A stretch of DNA of 64,000 bases from the human T2T-CHM13v2.0 reference genome, Homo sapiens. The translations under genes were made by a program, and so were the position numbers. Under the pieces are notes generated by a model. It was not told the origin of the DNA, ran no database searches, and saw only the letters and a list, made by a program, of their open reading frames with translations. How positions within the stretch are numbered: position 1 is the stretch's first letter; each line of letters begins with the position of its first letter. The DNA lies in NCBI RefSeq assembly GCF_009914755.1, contig NC_060937.1. The stretch is one strand, 5' to 3'. Of this stretch, positions 1 through 15,363 are shown in pieces.

Positions 1-969
1 GTATCTGCATGAGGTCTCCCCTGAGAGTTCCTGGCCTTCCTGCTAGAGCCCCCATGCTGCAGATGAAGGCAGGCAGGGAGAGACAGACTCACCCTCCCCC
101 AGAGCCTGGTGGCTGAGGCTCACAGCAGGAAATCCAAGGCTGCTGGGGAAAGGGAGAGGGGACTGGGAAATGCACAGAAGCATGAAAAGGGTTGGGATCC
201 TTCCTTCCTGGGACCACATATATGTTTGTGCAGTTTTCTCTACATGGAGGCACCTGGCCAAGGGGTTCAGGGTGAGGACTGACCTCAGTCCACACAGAGG
301 TTGCCATTTTCCTCTATGATAAGCCATGTCTGGGGGCTGTCGACCCCATAGCCCACAAAGGGGTCCTTGTTCTTAATTTGCACAGAGACACTGACTGGGG
401 CCTCGGGGGATGGGGGCTGCTATCCCCTGCCCTCCTTTCACACCTACCCTCCCTCCTCTTTCTCAGGCTCCATTCTGAGGGCTCCCAGTTGAGGCACCCT
501 TCCTCACTTTGTACTCAGGGTTGCTTTTCCCTAGGTCAGAACTGAAAGTGGGTTTGATTCTACTGACTCAGACCTCGCTCCGGAATACTGTTTCTCTAAG
601 AAGTGTGGGAACCCTCAGCGAACGAGTGGGAGAGAGCAGTGTGGGGTTACAGCCAGGCACAGCTGAGACCCATCTGCCCTGTCCTGTGCCAAAGCCTCCA
701 GCCCTGCCTTCCCCTCTCCAATGATCACGTGATATGATGCCCCCTCCCCACTTTACTTTGTTCATTTCTTGACAACGAAGAAGAGAAAAGGGGGGGATGT
801 TTGTTTGCCTTCTCTCTAGAAACCCTCTGTACTGTGGGGCTGGCATGATGGTGGGTGGGAGGGAGTGGGAGATAGCAGTGGATGAGGTGCCCAGAGCCTG
901 GAAATTCTGGGGCTAAAACCTCTAATGAGGACTGCTCCTGGTCCTTATTACCAAAGTTATTTCTTGTTT

Positions 970-975
970 TTTATT
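970..975 (-). terminator. Candidate polyadenylation signal AATAAA
   Basis: tttatt on the + strand, about 800 nt downstream of the exon 15 stop. Downstream GU-rich element is weak. Confidence 0.2.
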
Positions 976-1773
976 TAGATATTTGTATCTCAGTGTCTAC
1001 AACAGTAAAATGTGGCCTAAACCAACTATAGCTCACAGGGATACTACAGTGAGCTGATATTAGAATGAAAGCATTATGACAACAATTTTAAAAATTCTTC
1101 AAATAATCCATCTTTTCTTTGGGATAGCCCTACTTTTAAAAATAGTCATCATAATCCACATGTCCCAAAGAGACATACTGCGTGTAATAGCTGTGTAAAT
1201 AAGGAACCTCTGGACTTTGAGATTCCCCTTGTGGGCCTCTGGAGTGGCTAAAGATTAGCTCCTGTCAGAAGGAATTCATTCCCTTCTTGGAGGTTCAGAA
1301 AGGCTTGCCTCCTATTACCGGGTTTCCCCTTCAGGTCAGCACTTCCGTCTTAGCCAGGCTGTAGCTAAGGGACCCTGAGTGTGTGGGACTGATCAGCCTT
1401 GCAGCTGATGGAGAGCTCGCCATTGGATTCCAGCTTCTTTTTGGGGGTACCATGAGCCAAACAGTAATCCCTGGTCCAGCTTAGTACTGGGTTTTTTTAC
1501 CCTAAACTCCCACCCTCTTGTCATTCCTGGAGCTGGGTGAGTCACAAATTTTGTCCCTCATCCCAGTTTTGGAAGCTAGAACAAAATGTGAAAAAGGTTC
1601 CAGCACGCGAGGGAAGCCTGTGCTGGAGCCTCTGAGGCTGTGGAGCAGAGGAAGCACTCACAAATCATTCCCCAGCTACCAGAGAGCTGCATGGGAAACG
1701 CCCAGAGAAGAACCTTGAAGACTAATGTATGTAGAACTCTTCAGCTGGATCTATCGGCCCAGCTCAAAGAACG

Positions 1774-1871
1774 TCATAATAACCAGGATGCAAGAGAAGA
1801 GTGTTCAGGGCAAGATGGTTGAACTGAGCCCTGGAGCTTGGTGGTGGGCAAGGATGCTTTCTGTGTTGACC
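1774..1871 (-). CDS. GUCY1B2: Exon 15 coding part (G)STQKASLPTTKLQGSVQPSCPEHSSLASWLL*
   Basis: tttgcag|GGTCAAC after an 80-nt intron; phase fits; TGA at 1776-1774. Gives 617 aa counted from ATG 29070, the length I recall for the deposited human protein. Confidence 0.75.
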
Positions 1872-1951
1872 CTGCAAATAATAAACATATCTGAAGTGGT
1901 TAGTGGAAAAACTACTCAACACTAATGACAAAGCTTCTCTTTTTTGCTTAC

Positions 1952-2103
1952 CCTTGTGATCAACTGGGGTTTTAGATCTCCCCATGATCTCATCCTCTGT
2001 GGCATTCAAGTTCTGGATCAAAAAGTATGTGGTCATTCTCCCTTTACCTTTCACTTCAATTTCACCCCTCTCAATGATTTTAAACCCTTGATTTTTCAAG
2101 GCT
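1952..2103 (-). CDS. GUCY1B2: Exon 14 (152 nt) (R)ALKNQGFKIIERGEIEVKGKGRMTTYFL...PVDHK
   Basis: tttctctgtgcag|AGCC...AAGG|gtaagc; RGxIxVKGKGxMxTYFL motif. Confidence 0.95.
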
Positions 2104-4589
2104 CTGCACAGAGAAAAAAAGTGCATCAGATATCAAAGATTGTGGGTCTGTAACTCAAGAGTTGGCTACAATGCAAAGGGCTACTCAAGAGGAAAAGTCC
2201 AGGACACAGGACACACAACAGCAGGGGAGGGAAGATCCCAGACATCTGCCTGCTGAAGCAGGACAGAGGCCGTGGGGAAAGTGAGGATGAGATATTCTGA
2301 ACAGGATGCCAAAGGCCAAAAGAGAACACAGGGACCCATCAAAACCCTCCCAACCCTGCCACCAATTTTCCTCCCTCCAGCTCAACCCTCATATGGGCAT
2401 CTCTCACGTTTCTACACACCATGCTGTCAGTGCCCATGTGGACACCACCTTTCATGTTTCTGCCACGTAAGACTCTTGGGTATCAACACTCTTCTTTCCA
2501 TCTTCCCCAAGTGCACCATATACCCCATGCTTGCTACTATGCTCATCCTAACTACCCAAGCTTTCTCCACCACAATTTCTGTCTGCCAAGGAACTGAAGA
2601 GGAGGACTATAGGGAAGGGACCATGAAAAGAGACAGAGCTATGGGGTAATTACAAAACGTTTCCCTGTTTATTTATTTACTAGCCACCAAGTGATGTTAG
2701 AGAAAAGCCAAAGAACCACTCAGACCAATGAGGATTCAAATTCATGACCACCTGCCTCGGCACTCCATCGAGCCTTCCCTTGCCCTTGGCCAGGTTGGTA
2801 GAGAGTTCAGACCTTCACCACAGTCCTCATGGGCCTCCATTTGGCATCTGCTCCCCTCACTCATACGCTGGTGGCTGTGCCTCCTACTTTATGCCCTGAT
2901 TCATCTACAAAATTACATTGATTACAGGTGAGAGCCTGTGACTTCTCACCCCATGACCACACCATCCTGTCCCCCAATCTCCGAGGATGAGGTATATTTC
3001 TTGTCCAGGGTCTCCTCACCCTCACCCCCTTCCCACCACCTCTGGGCCTTGCTCCATTGGCCACCCCACGCTTATCTTCATCTCCCATTCCATTTGCCTT
3101 TCTCCTTCTGCTTTTCAGTGTGCTTATGTCTCTTCCATCCTAAACAGAAGCAAACAAAACAGCCTCTCACCTGCTTTAATCTCATGCAAACTTTCTCCTC
3201 TTTTTATTCTTCAGCCCAACGTCTATCCCACCATTCTACTACAACCACTTTTGAGAATGTCCCCAAAACCTCTAGTGAGTATTTTTCAGTCCTTATTACT
3301 ACATTTGACATTTTTGTTCAATTCTTCCTTCCTAAAGTCATCCACAAGAGTGCTTCTCACCCTCAACTCTCCTGGTCCTTTCTGAGTATTTCTTCTCCTG
3401 TCTCTTCCCTGGGCTCCTCTTCCTTCTGTGCCACTTAAATATTGGTTCTGCACAGGATTCCATTCTTTTCCCACTGTTCTTTGCACACTGCATCCTTCCC
3501 TGGGTTGATCTCATCAACTCTCATGACTGTTATTACCACCTATATGTTGCTTACTCCAAGTCTGGATCTTCAATAACTCAACTCCATCCATTTTATGGCA
3601 CCTCTAGCTGAATGTTCCACAGTTCCTTTGAACCCAGCGTGTCCAACCTAAACTCATTGTCTGCCCCTATGATCTGGGATACTTCTCATTTGTCCCATTG
3701 CAGATGGCCAGGCCACCATTCAAGCCCTAGTCACCCAGAATGGAGACCCGGGCTCCCCCCTTCTTCTCATCCCCCATTTCTAACTACTTTAGCTGGTTTT
3801 ATTTTCCCCCATATTCCCACCACTAATGTTCTGATTCAGACCAAACTCCTAACAGGTCTCATCTGTCTCATTTTCTGGTTCTCAAATATGCCCTTTCAGG
3901 GTCTCTAGAGTGGTCAGTGTCAAATAGGACCCTGACCCTGTCACTGTCTTCAACCTCACATTCGTTGGGGGCTTTTCCTCACCTACGGCATAGGGCTCTT
4001 GCCCTTCAGTAAGGCATGTGCAGCTCTCACTGCTCCTGCCTCATATTTTCCAATACAGAAAACCTCGGGTGTTTATAGTTCTCTGCACCTATTCTACATG
4101 TGAGCCTCTACCCACTTTTTACTCCCAATACCCCAATTTTGGCTAAATTTTACTCTGGAACTCCTTGCTCAAGATTCAGCTCAGGAATCTCCTCCATGAA
4201 GCCCTTTTTTACTGGGTCAAGCACCCTTGCCCTGGGCTCTCATGACACCCCCGGTGACTACCTTGAGGATAAGAGTGCAGCAGTTAAAGGGGGGACACTG
4301 AACTCTGACTCCGTGGGCTGCATCTGGGCTATTCTCCTTCCTAGCCTACCTGGTCCTGAGGCAAATGATTAACCTTTTTGTGCCTTTTCTTTCATGTAAA
4401 TAATAATAATAATGTATCTTCACAGAGCTGTTGCAACTGTAAATGAATTAACATATAAAAGAATTTAGAATAGAATGTGGCCTATTTTAAGTGCTCAAGA
4501 AACTATAAGTATTGTTTTATGCACATATTTGTCATTGTACTTATCTCACTTTAAAAATAATCAACTACAACTTTTCTTTTTTCTTCTGC

Positions 4590-4822
4590 TAGACCAAAGG
4601 TCAGCACGCTTTTTATATAAATAAAGACCAGATAGTAAATATTTTAGACTTTGTGTATCATATGGTCTTTGTTGCAGTGATTCAACTCTGCCTTTGTAGC
4701 ATGACATCAGCCATAGACTATATGTAAATGAAAGTGCATGGCTGTGTTCCAATAAAACTTTATTTACAAAAATGAACAGCAGACTAGATTTGGTCTGTGG
4801 GGTTATACTTTGCTGTTCCCTG
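4590..4822. mobile_element. MER58A-like hAT relic
   Basis: ccagatagtaaatattttagactttgtg...ggctgtgttccaataaaactttatttacaaaa. Confidence 0.7.
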
Positions 4823-5034
4823 AACTAAACTATATGCTCCTTGACAGTAAAAACTATGCTACAGTTAGAAGCTCAACTAAATTTATTATCTGCCACAATA
4901 TCTTCTGTAAGCCATTGAGACATGGAAGGAAAAACATGAGTTTCCTGCACTACCCCAACCCATGGCTGCTAGGCACTCTGTAAGTTCTAGAAAGAGGAAG
5001 GGACAAAGGAAGGCATGAATAAATGGAAGGCTAC

Positions 5035-5189
5035 CTGTAGGCTGTGGGACTGAGGTGCACTTTGTTGGGAAGCCCATGACTTTCCATCCTAGAAGCTGTG
5101 TTCACAGTGTCACCAAACAAGCAGTACCGTGGCATCTTGTCTCCTACAACATCTGCTAAGACTGGTCCAGTATGGATCCCCACTCTGAG
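5035..5189 (-). CDS. GUCY1B2: Exon 13 (155 nt) [51 protein letters not shown]
   Basis: gtacag|CTCAGA...TACAG|gtagcc; guanylate cyclase signature region. Confidence 0.96.
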
Positions 5190-5452
5190 CTGTACAGAGA
5201 CAGCATCACTGAAAAGAGACCATCTAATACTCTTGATTTTATTTGTAAGTTGAGATATAATTTACATAAAATAAAAAAAAGATATTAAAGTGTTTAGCTC
5301 CATGAGTTTTGACAAGTGCTTATATCCCTGTAACCACCACCCAAAATAAAATGTAAACTAGTTCCATTACCTTGCAAAATTATCTTGTGCCCCTTCTAGT
5401 TAAGCTCTCTCCCCATCTTCTTCAGCAGAGATAACTACATTCTCATTTCTTC

Positions 5453-5832
<380 letters not shown>

Positions 5833-6556
5833 TAGTATATACTGTTTTATATCTGGTTTCATTTACTCAACATAATGTTTTTGAGATTCATCTATATTGT
5901 CTTACATATCAGTAGTTATTTTTATCACTGAATAGCATTCTATTGTTAGAATACACCACATTCATTATCCAGTCTCCTTTTCATGAACATTTAGATTATT
6001 TTTCAGTTTGAATCTATTAAAATTAAGGCTGCTATAAACATTCCTGTACAGATATTTTTGTAGACATGTTTTCCTTTCTCTTAAGTAAATACCTAGAAGT
6101 GGAATTTCTGAGTCCCAAGGTAGATACAGATTTAATTTTATTTTTTAACAAAACAAGCCAAAAAACTACCCAGCAATTCTCCAAAGTTGTTTTACTGTTT
6201 TACATTTCTATCAGCGACGTGACACTTTCAGTTGTTCCCATTTTCACCATCATTTGGTCTTCTCGTGGGTGTGAAATGATATCTCACTGTGGTTTTAATT
6301 TGCGTTAAATTGGTGACTAATGATGTTAGGCACACTGTCACACACACATTGGCCATTCATATATTTTCTTTTGTAAAAAAGTCTGTTCAATTTTTTGCCT
6401 GTTTTAAAAATTGAGCTGTTTGTCTTTTATTGTTAATGTGTATGAATTGTACACATATTTGGATATGTAATATGTATGTATTACAAATATTTTTATCAGT
6501 CTGTGGGTTTGTGTATTTATTTTCTTTAATAAGCAGAATGTTTTAATTTTGATGAA

Positions 6557-6952
6557 TGTATTCATCTGCTTAGGCTGCCATAGCAAAATACCACAGGCTG
6601 TGTAGCTTAAACAATGGAAATTATTTCTCACAATTCTGGAGCCTGGAAGGCCAAGATCAAGCTGTGGGCAGGGTTGGTTTCTCCTGAGGCCTCTCTGCTT
6701 GGCTTGTAGATGTCCACCTTTTTGCTGTGTCCTCACGTGGTCCTTCCTCTGTGCACATGCATTCTTAGTGTCTCTTTACGTCCAAATTTCATATTTTTAT
6801 AAGGACATCAGGCACGTTGGATGAGGGCTTACTCTTAAGGTTTCATTTTACTCAGTAAAGCCTCTAGCTCCAAAGACAGTCATGTTCTGAGGTAGTGAGT
6901 ACTAGAGTTTCAAAATAAGAATTTTGGGCAAGACACAATTCAGCCTGTAACA
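6557..6952 (-). mobile_element. MaLR solo LTR (MLT1A/MST-like) inserted in L1
   Basis: TG...CA ends; 5-bp TSD atgaa at 6552-6556 and 6953-6957; ggctgccatagcaaaataccacaggctg...cttaaacaa. Confidence 0.85.
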
Positions 6953-9940
6953 ATGAAGTTTATCATTTTTTTCCCTTCATGGTCAGTGTTTTTTGTGTCC
7001 TATCTAAAAAAAAAAAAATCATTGTTTTCCCCAAAGTCATGATGCTATTCTTTATTTCCATCAAGAAGCTTTGTGATTCTAGATTTTATGTTTCGATTTG
7101 TGATATATATCAAATGATTTTTTTTGTATATGGGGTAAGGTAGAACTGAGGTACATTTTTTCTTTCCACATGATATTCAATGGTAACAGAATCATTTTTT
7201 AAAAAGAGGTTGCCTTCCCCACTCAATTATTTGGTGCCTTGGTCAAAAATCAATGGACTAAACATGGAGTCTATGTCTGGACACTCTGTGCTGCTCCAGT
7301 GGTCTCTTTGTCTATTCTTCTCCCAATCTCACTCTGTTTTTTTTTTTACTGTTGCTTTAGAATAAGTCTTAAAATTAGTTGTGTACATCCTCCAATTTTG
7401 TTATTTTCTAAGAGTGTTCGGGTTAGTCTAGATTCTTTACATTTCCATATAAATTTTAAAATCAGCTTGTGAATATTTTCTAAGAAGCTTGCAGGGATTT
7501 TGATTGGTATTCTACGGAATCTATACATCAATTTGGGGAAAATGGACAGCTTAAATATATTGAGTTTTCCAAAGAATACGGTATATCTCTCTATTTAATT
7601 AGGTCCTCTTTAATTTCCCTAAGCAATACCTTATAGTTTTAAGCATAGAGGTCATATGTATCTTTTGTTAGATTTACTCCTAGAAATTTAATTAAGTTTA
7701 TTTTCTTTTTATTTCATTTTCAATTTTTTGTCCTTAACATATAAAAATTTAATTAATTTTCCTGTATTTATGCTATGACCTTGCTAAACTCATTTATTAG
7801 ATCTTGTAGTTTCCTGTAGTTTGTATAAGAGTTTCTAGGTGCACCATTATTTGTTCTGTGAATAATGATAATTTTATTTCTTCATTCATTTCCAAACTTA
7901 ATGTCTTATATTTCTTCTTCTTGCCTTAGTTCACTGGGTAGAGTTTTTGGTATGCTTTAACTAGAAGTGGTTGTCTTTGTATTTATTCTGCTTGGGTTTG
8001 CTGAGCTCTGGATGTGTGCATTGATATCCTTCATGTTGAAAAATTCTCAACTATTATCTCTTCAAATATTTCTTCTTACCCATTCTCACTCTGTTCTCAT
8101 TCTAGCATTTCAGTTACATATATGGGAGTCCATTTGATATTGTCCTACAGATATAGAGTGTCTTGTTCCCCTTTTTAACCCTGTTTTCTTCTTTGCATTT
8201 CAGTTTGGGTGATTTCTATTTCTCTGTCTTCAAATTCCCTGATTTTTTTCTCTATTGTGTCTAGTCTTTGTTGAGCCCATAAAATTAATTCTTTATTTCT
8301 GATTTCTGATATCATAGTTTTCTGTTAGATATAGATATAGATGTAAATATAGACAGTATGTACGTATTTCCCATATCTTCACACTTGTTTTGCCCCTTTT
8401 CTTATAGACCCTTTAAAATATTTATCACACTAATTTTAAAGATCCAACATCTAGGCTATTTCTGGACCTGCTTCTATTGACTATTTTCTCTATTGGCTAT
8501 CCACTATATTACTATTTTCTTGTTGCTTCTTGCATCTCATATTTTTCATTATCTAATTGAATGACCCATATTGTGTGTGAAAATACAGTAGAGACTGAAG
8601 TAGATAATATTTATCCACCAGAAAATGTTACATCCCTACAGAATTAGGCTGCTGGAATGGGCAGTAAGTAAATCTAATCCATATTTGAGTTGGGTCAGGG
8701 CTTTTCCAGAAATATTGGTAGATTCCATGCACCACTGGTTTCAAATATTATGAAGGCTGAATCAGAACTTTCAGTACAGCAGAGCTTAGAATCTGAGCAC
8801 CAGCAAGACTCTGAGGACCTTGAATGCTGTACAGCCAATCCACAGCTTTTGGAGTTGTAGGAGATCTCCTCCTGCATTACAGCCCAACAGTGAGATTTTC
8901 AGAAGTCTCTTTGCTCTTCAGTCCCACCCTGGCTCTCTGCACCTTGGGAAAATTTTCTCTGCCATTCCTCCTTGCCCTCATACTTCAAAAGGTCATCGTA
9001 GTGTACTTGGTGAAGACGAAGAGTACTTCAGTTGGATTTCTCTCAGTTCTCTTACTCTAACATTAGCCTTTAATGGGCCACTGCTTTGCATTTGGGAAAG
9101 GCCCCAAACACCTCAGGGACTCGGGAGTTCTCTCAGCTCTCCTCTCCTGTCCTAGTTTTTGGCTGACTGATCCCCTGCACTTGGCCTATGAGGAAGAGTT
9201 GGTAGATGGGTACAGACTCTGTGGCTGGGACTCTTTGGCATTCTAACCTGTTGTTTCAGCCCTGTGACCATTAAAAGTCCACTAAAATTTAGACGGGATT
9301 ATCCCTACCCTCACCTCTGGTGGATTACTTCTTCTGCTGCCCTGCCAGGATTGAATGCAATTATGGGTGTCTTCTCTTTGAAAGGTTTGTCACTTCCTGG
9401 AATTTAGTTTATTTTGATTCCTTTGCTTTCTGGTGGGGGAAAAAAAAACTGCTAGCATGGGAACAACAGTCTCTTACAGCTTTCTACATCCTAATCAGAT
9501 TGCTTGTTGTTTTTACTTGCTAGATTTTCTTCTGCTTGAAATAAAATTATAATTTCTCTAGGAAAACAGGATTCTCTGAACCCTTCAAAGCACCTAGTAA
9601 TACTGTCTCATACATGGATGGATCTCAGTAAATGTATATTAAAGCTATATGAATAAAATGATAGAATATCTCAGTGCAAAATAATTGCACAATTCTGTTA
9701 AGAGAGAAAGTGTTTCCAGTTCTCTCCCCTACATCCTTGAATAAACCCATATGATATGCTGTTTCTGGTGGATATTTAATGATGCTCCTAATTATGTCCA
9801 TAGTCTTACCTTGGAATTGCTAACATCCTTTCCTATTTTTTTCTTGGTAAATCCACCTTGAGAGTTTCCAACAATTCATTGTCTAATTTCATTCTTATTG
9901 GTGTAGCATTATTTTCATCTCTGGCGCTATACCCCTTTCA

Positions 9941-9987
9941 TACACACATGCACACACACACACACGCACACACACACACACGCACAC
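9941..9987. repeat. Imperfect (CA)n microsatellite
   Basis: tacacacatgcacacacacacacacgcacacacacacacacgcacac. Confidence 0.9.
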
Positions 9988-11146
9988 TATGCTTTCCATT
10001 TTTATTTTTATTTTTCACCAGTGACTTACACAAGCATCCTTTAACTGAAACATTTATCTCTTATCTAACCTTCTTATATCTCTTCCCTCATTGCCTCTCA
10101 TCCTGATTTTTTATTTATTACATTGGATTTTTATTCCACTGATGCACACTGTGTTTACAATGAGTCATTATGGCAGCTATCTTGTTCTTGTGACTATCTA
10201 AGGCCAGCTTTTACTTAGAAGACTACAGTGGATGCTGTAGCCATGATCTGCACTGTTTCTCAGCTTCTAACTCACCATGGTCAGAGTGAGTGCAGCAGAT
10301 TTTCAGAATCTCCTGTAAAAAGTTATAATGTGGAAAAATCATATTCCATCTTATAATTGGCTTTGTTTATTTTGAATTGACTAGTTTATTTTAAATTTCT
10401 GACTGATATTAGCAGAGGAAGGACCTAGAAATCAAAGGCAGAGAGACGCCACTCTCAGCCATCCCAGGAGCATTAGGATCTGCTGAGCCAGCGGAGGAGG
10501 ACATTCATTTTTCATCTCCAAAACTGTTCAACTTTTAGAGTGTGAACAAACTTCCAGACTTGGAAGCGTACTTTTCTGTGAGAAAGGCGAGCAGATGTCT
10601 CGCTAGTGGCCACTTGGTGGAAGGAAAGCCATTCTGAATATCTTACGGCATCACGGTGCCTGGCCTGCTGACTGCAGGCAGCTTCACACCTCAGCCTGAG
10701 TTCTGAACCTGTCAGATGGCATGTTGGAGACACAATTTCCTAAGCAGGAAAAGTTGGCTGCTCATTAAACCTGAACCACTTGTTGAAATGCTTGAACATA
10801 AAAGCAGGAATTATAAATGAGCTGGTGTTTAAGATGGATTGAGCCCTGCTAGGTAAATAGGAAGAACTGCTCAGCACTGTCCTGAATTACCAACAAAGGA
10901 AGCTTGCAGTCAATCGTAGGAAAACCTTGAGCACCGCAGCCTCCTCTGAAATTTGAGAAAAGTTGAGACTATAGGAGCCTTAGGAATATCTCTATTAGGG
11001 ACATATGCAAGAGAAGAAAAGGGCTAGGATACATTACCCATTTTAATGACAGCAACTTACCCAGTAATCACCTAAGCACATAAGCAGAATTCTACTTTTG
11101 TGTGTGAGATGTTTGGCATTAAGCCAAGTACTCAGTTGCTCTCTAC

Positions 11147-11293
11147 CTGGATGGGTTCTCCAGTAACAGGATTCGTCACTTCCTTTGCAGAAATTCTCAT
11201 CCCCAAGGCAAAATTAGCCACTCTTTGAGCATGGTTTCCAATAGGCACTGGTACACCTCCTATCACCATATAAGCATCTCCTATTGTTTCTAC
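11147..11293 (-). CDS. GUCY1B2: Exon 12 (147 nt) [49 protein letters not shown]
   Basis: tgacag|GTAGAA...CAG|gtagag; ETIGDAYM motif (GTP-specifying Glu, second Asp). Confidence 0.96.
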
Positions 11294-11881
11294 CTGTCAG
11301 GGAAAAAAAAATAGGTATTCAGAGGGATTCCTTCATGCACTAAACATGTCACTACACTTTTTTTCATTTTCCATATATAGACAAAGGGACTATACTAAAG
11401 CTGGTAATTGATTCTTTGCTAAGGGTATGAGGAGCATGAGGGAGGAGGTGAGAAAGAAAAGGACTCAGGAAACAACCATGAGAGAGCCAAAAGGCCTTTC
11501 TGCTTTTGGTGGAAACAAATCCCAGAAAAGACGAAGCTCCTGGGGTAGTCATGTGATGCTATATATGAGATAACACATTGTTTAGATTCGATTTTCTGCT
11601 GAATTTAGGAGTAGGAGAACTACACTCTATGAAAACACCTGACATCTAGGTGCCCCTCAAGGGCACCAGAGTGCCATCTTAGCACTGAGCATTGTAAAAA
11701 GAATTTCTAAAAACTAGAATTCCTAAAATACTTCCAATTCCCTTTCAGCTTTTATTCTGACCCCACACTCATCCACACCAAACCCCAGACCAGTGCAGAC
11801 AGAGGCAAAGGGAGACTTAGAATCAAGCACTCGCCCTGCGTGAGCACACCGTGAAACACCCCACACTGCACAGACACTTAC

Positions 11882-12030
11882 TTTATAGACTGCGTGCACA
11901 CTGGTTAATCTGTCAAACTTGGAGTACATGGAATTCAGCACGTTCACTATTTGTATAGGTTCACAGGCAGTACAGATGTTAGTAAATGTCACTACATCGC
12001 TGAAAAGAATCGTGCAGCTTTTAAATTCTC
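11882..12030 (-). CDS. GUCY1B2: Exon 11 (149 nt) (G)EFKSCTILFSDVVTFTNIC...HAVYK
   Basis: ttgtag|GAGAA...AAA|gtaagt; cyclase domain, first metal-binding Asp. Confidence 0.96.
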
Positions 12031-12479
12031 CTACAACAGAAACCAGGTATCAGTGAGAAACAAGGAGATCGACTAATAAGTCCATGAATTCTGGATTAAG
12101 AGGCCCTGTGAGAATCAAACCTGCCCTGTGCCTTGTGGGAAAAGTAGCTGGATGCCATTCCCCATTCAGCATCACCCAGCACACGTTTACTGAGTGCCCG
12201 CTGCAAGCTAGTCGTAGTAGGAGAATCATATCACAGGGGGCAAGCAGACCAGGCCCTCGCCCCCAAGGAGCCCCCAGTCTAATGAAGGAGACATAAAAGT
12301 GAACAAATCCTTCCAGTAAAATGTGACCAGTGCTGTGGGAGGACAGAAAGGGCCCCTAGCAAGTGGGCCAAGCAGAGCCTGAGCTACAGGAGACCTGGGG
12401 ACAGGGCTGACAGAGACTGGTCACTGTGAAGTGATGGGTCCCTGTCTTTGAATGGCAGGAAACCTACCTTGTCCTGAAC

Positions 12480-13460
<981 letters not shown>

Positions 13461-15363
13461 GACTCCTTGAATGCAGCCGGGTGCCTTCTTTGTTAGTTAA
13501 GCCTCTGATGGTAATTTCCCCTTTGTGGAACTTTCCCTTCTCCTTGGCTTCTGGCCTATCATCCTCTCTTCATATTCCTCCTACCTTTCTGATCTCCTTG
13601 TTTTATATCTTTCCTTGGCTTCTCAACCTTCTTAAGCACTAGATGTTCCCTAAAGAGTAATACTCCACTCTCTTCTCACTTCCTGTCCTCTAGGTGATCT
13701 TATCCACCATTCAGAGTCTATGATTAACCCCGCCCACATTGCAATAACTCCCAGATGTATAGCTCCATGCCACAATGTTCCTATGAGCTCTCACTAAGAT
13801 TCCTACCACTGATCATGCTGTGTGGAGTATCCCACAGACATCTCCAGCTCAATGGTTCTAAAATGGACCTTATCATTCTCCCCCAACCCTGCTCTTCTTT
13901 CTGGCCCTGTCTTAGGATAAAGCATCCCATTTTTCCATGCGAGAAGCCTCAGACCCATGCCTGCCTCCGCTGTCTTACCTTCCCCATCTGGTCAGTGAGG
14001 AAATCCTGCTGATTCTTCCTCAGGCTGCCCTAATTCAGGCCTCTACCATCAATCAGCTGCGCCCTTATGGTCTTTCAGCACCCCCTCATGCATTCATTAC
14101 ACTGCAGCCAAAATCGGATTTATAAAACTCATCCTGTCACTTCCATAATAAGAGAAGAAACTTCAATGAATTCTCACTGCCTACAAAAGACAATTTCCTT
14201 TTCCCTAATAGTCCAAATTCATCACTGCATCACCTGAACCCCACCCTACCCACTCAGCGTCACCAGACCCCACTTTTCCACATACCCCACGCTCTGGGAA
14301 CATGCCCCATGGTATTCGTTTGCACATTGCCTTAACTTTGACTCTTACTAGCCCATTCTCCAAAAATGCCTTTTTCCTCTTTGCTTGCTGAAATTCAGCC
14401 TCAAGGCCCAACTCAAGTGTCACACACTTTTGAGAGGTACCTCCACAACTCCAACCCACCCCCCTATCTCTTATCTCCTGACATCTATTTATTATTAATT
14501 TCCCTGTCCCCATGTTGCCATAGCACCTTGTGTGATGGAAAGAGTATGGATTTTGGAGTTAGATGGCCTTAACGCAGTTAGTTTCCACCTCTTTCATTTA
14601 TCAGCTGCGCTGAATGTCAATTTGCTCAGCAATATGGTATGGACAACACCTCCTTCATAGAAATGTTGAGAAAATTTAATGAAACTGCACATGTAAAATG
14701 TCTAACATGGATCCTGGCACAATAATTGCTCCTTAATGCAAATTAGTTTCTTTTCCTTTGGTCATTTCCACCCCCATTAATTTATTCTGCATATATCTAT
14801 CAAACTCATGAGGCTGTAAACTCCTCTGTGTCCCCAGATCTGGAACAGCACCCTGGCACAGAGTAAGTTCACCAGGCGTGTCTGGTGAATGAACACAATC
14901 CCATGACAAACGGAAAGTGAGTTCAGGGTAAACACAGCATCCCTGCCTCCATAAATAGTATACTGTCCCAGAATGGTCCTCAGAGGAACCCTATGATTTA
15001 ACTAGTGTGCGAGTGTATTATTTCTAGTTATAGTTAAGAACCCTACTCATTGTCACTGAGTAATGAGGCCAGTCTCAGGACATATCCTTAAATTCTTAGA
15101 GAATTTAATGTGTGTGTAGTTGACAACCATTTTTATATAATTCATGTTTCACTCCTGTATTATTTTTATTATTATTATTATTAATGTAGAGAGAACAAAG
15201 CTGAGAATATGCAGGTGGAGTAATTACCCCAAGATCATGCCACTTACAAGTGACAGAGCCAGAATTCAAAACCACTTCTGTCTGGCTTCAAAGCCTGTGG
15301 CCCTGACCACTAAGACATACCACGCTCTGCTCAGAGGACGCTGTGGAGGAGAGGGTGCCTTAC

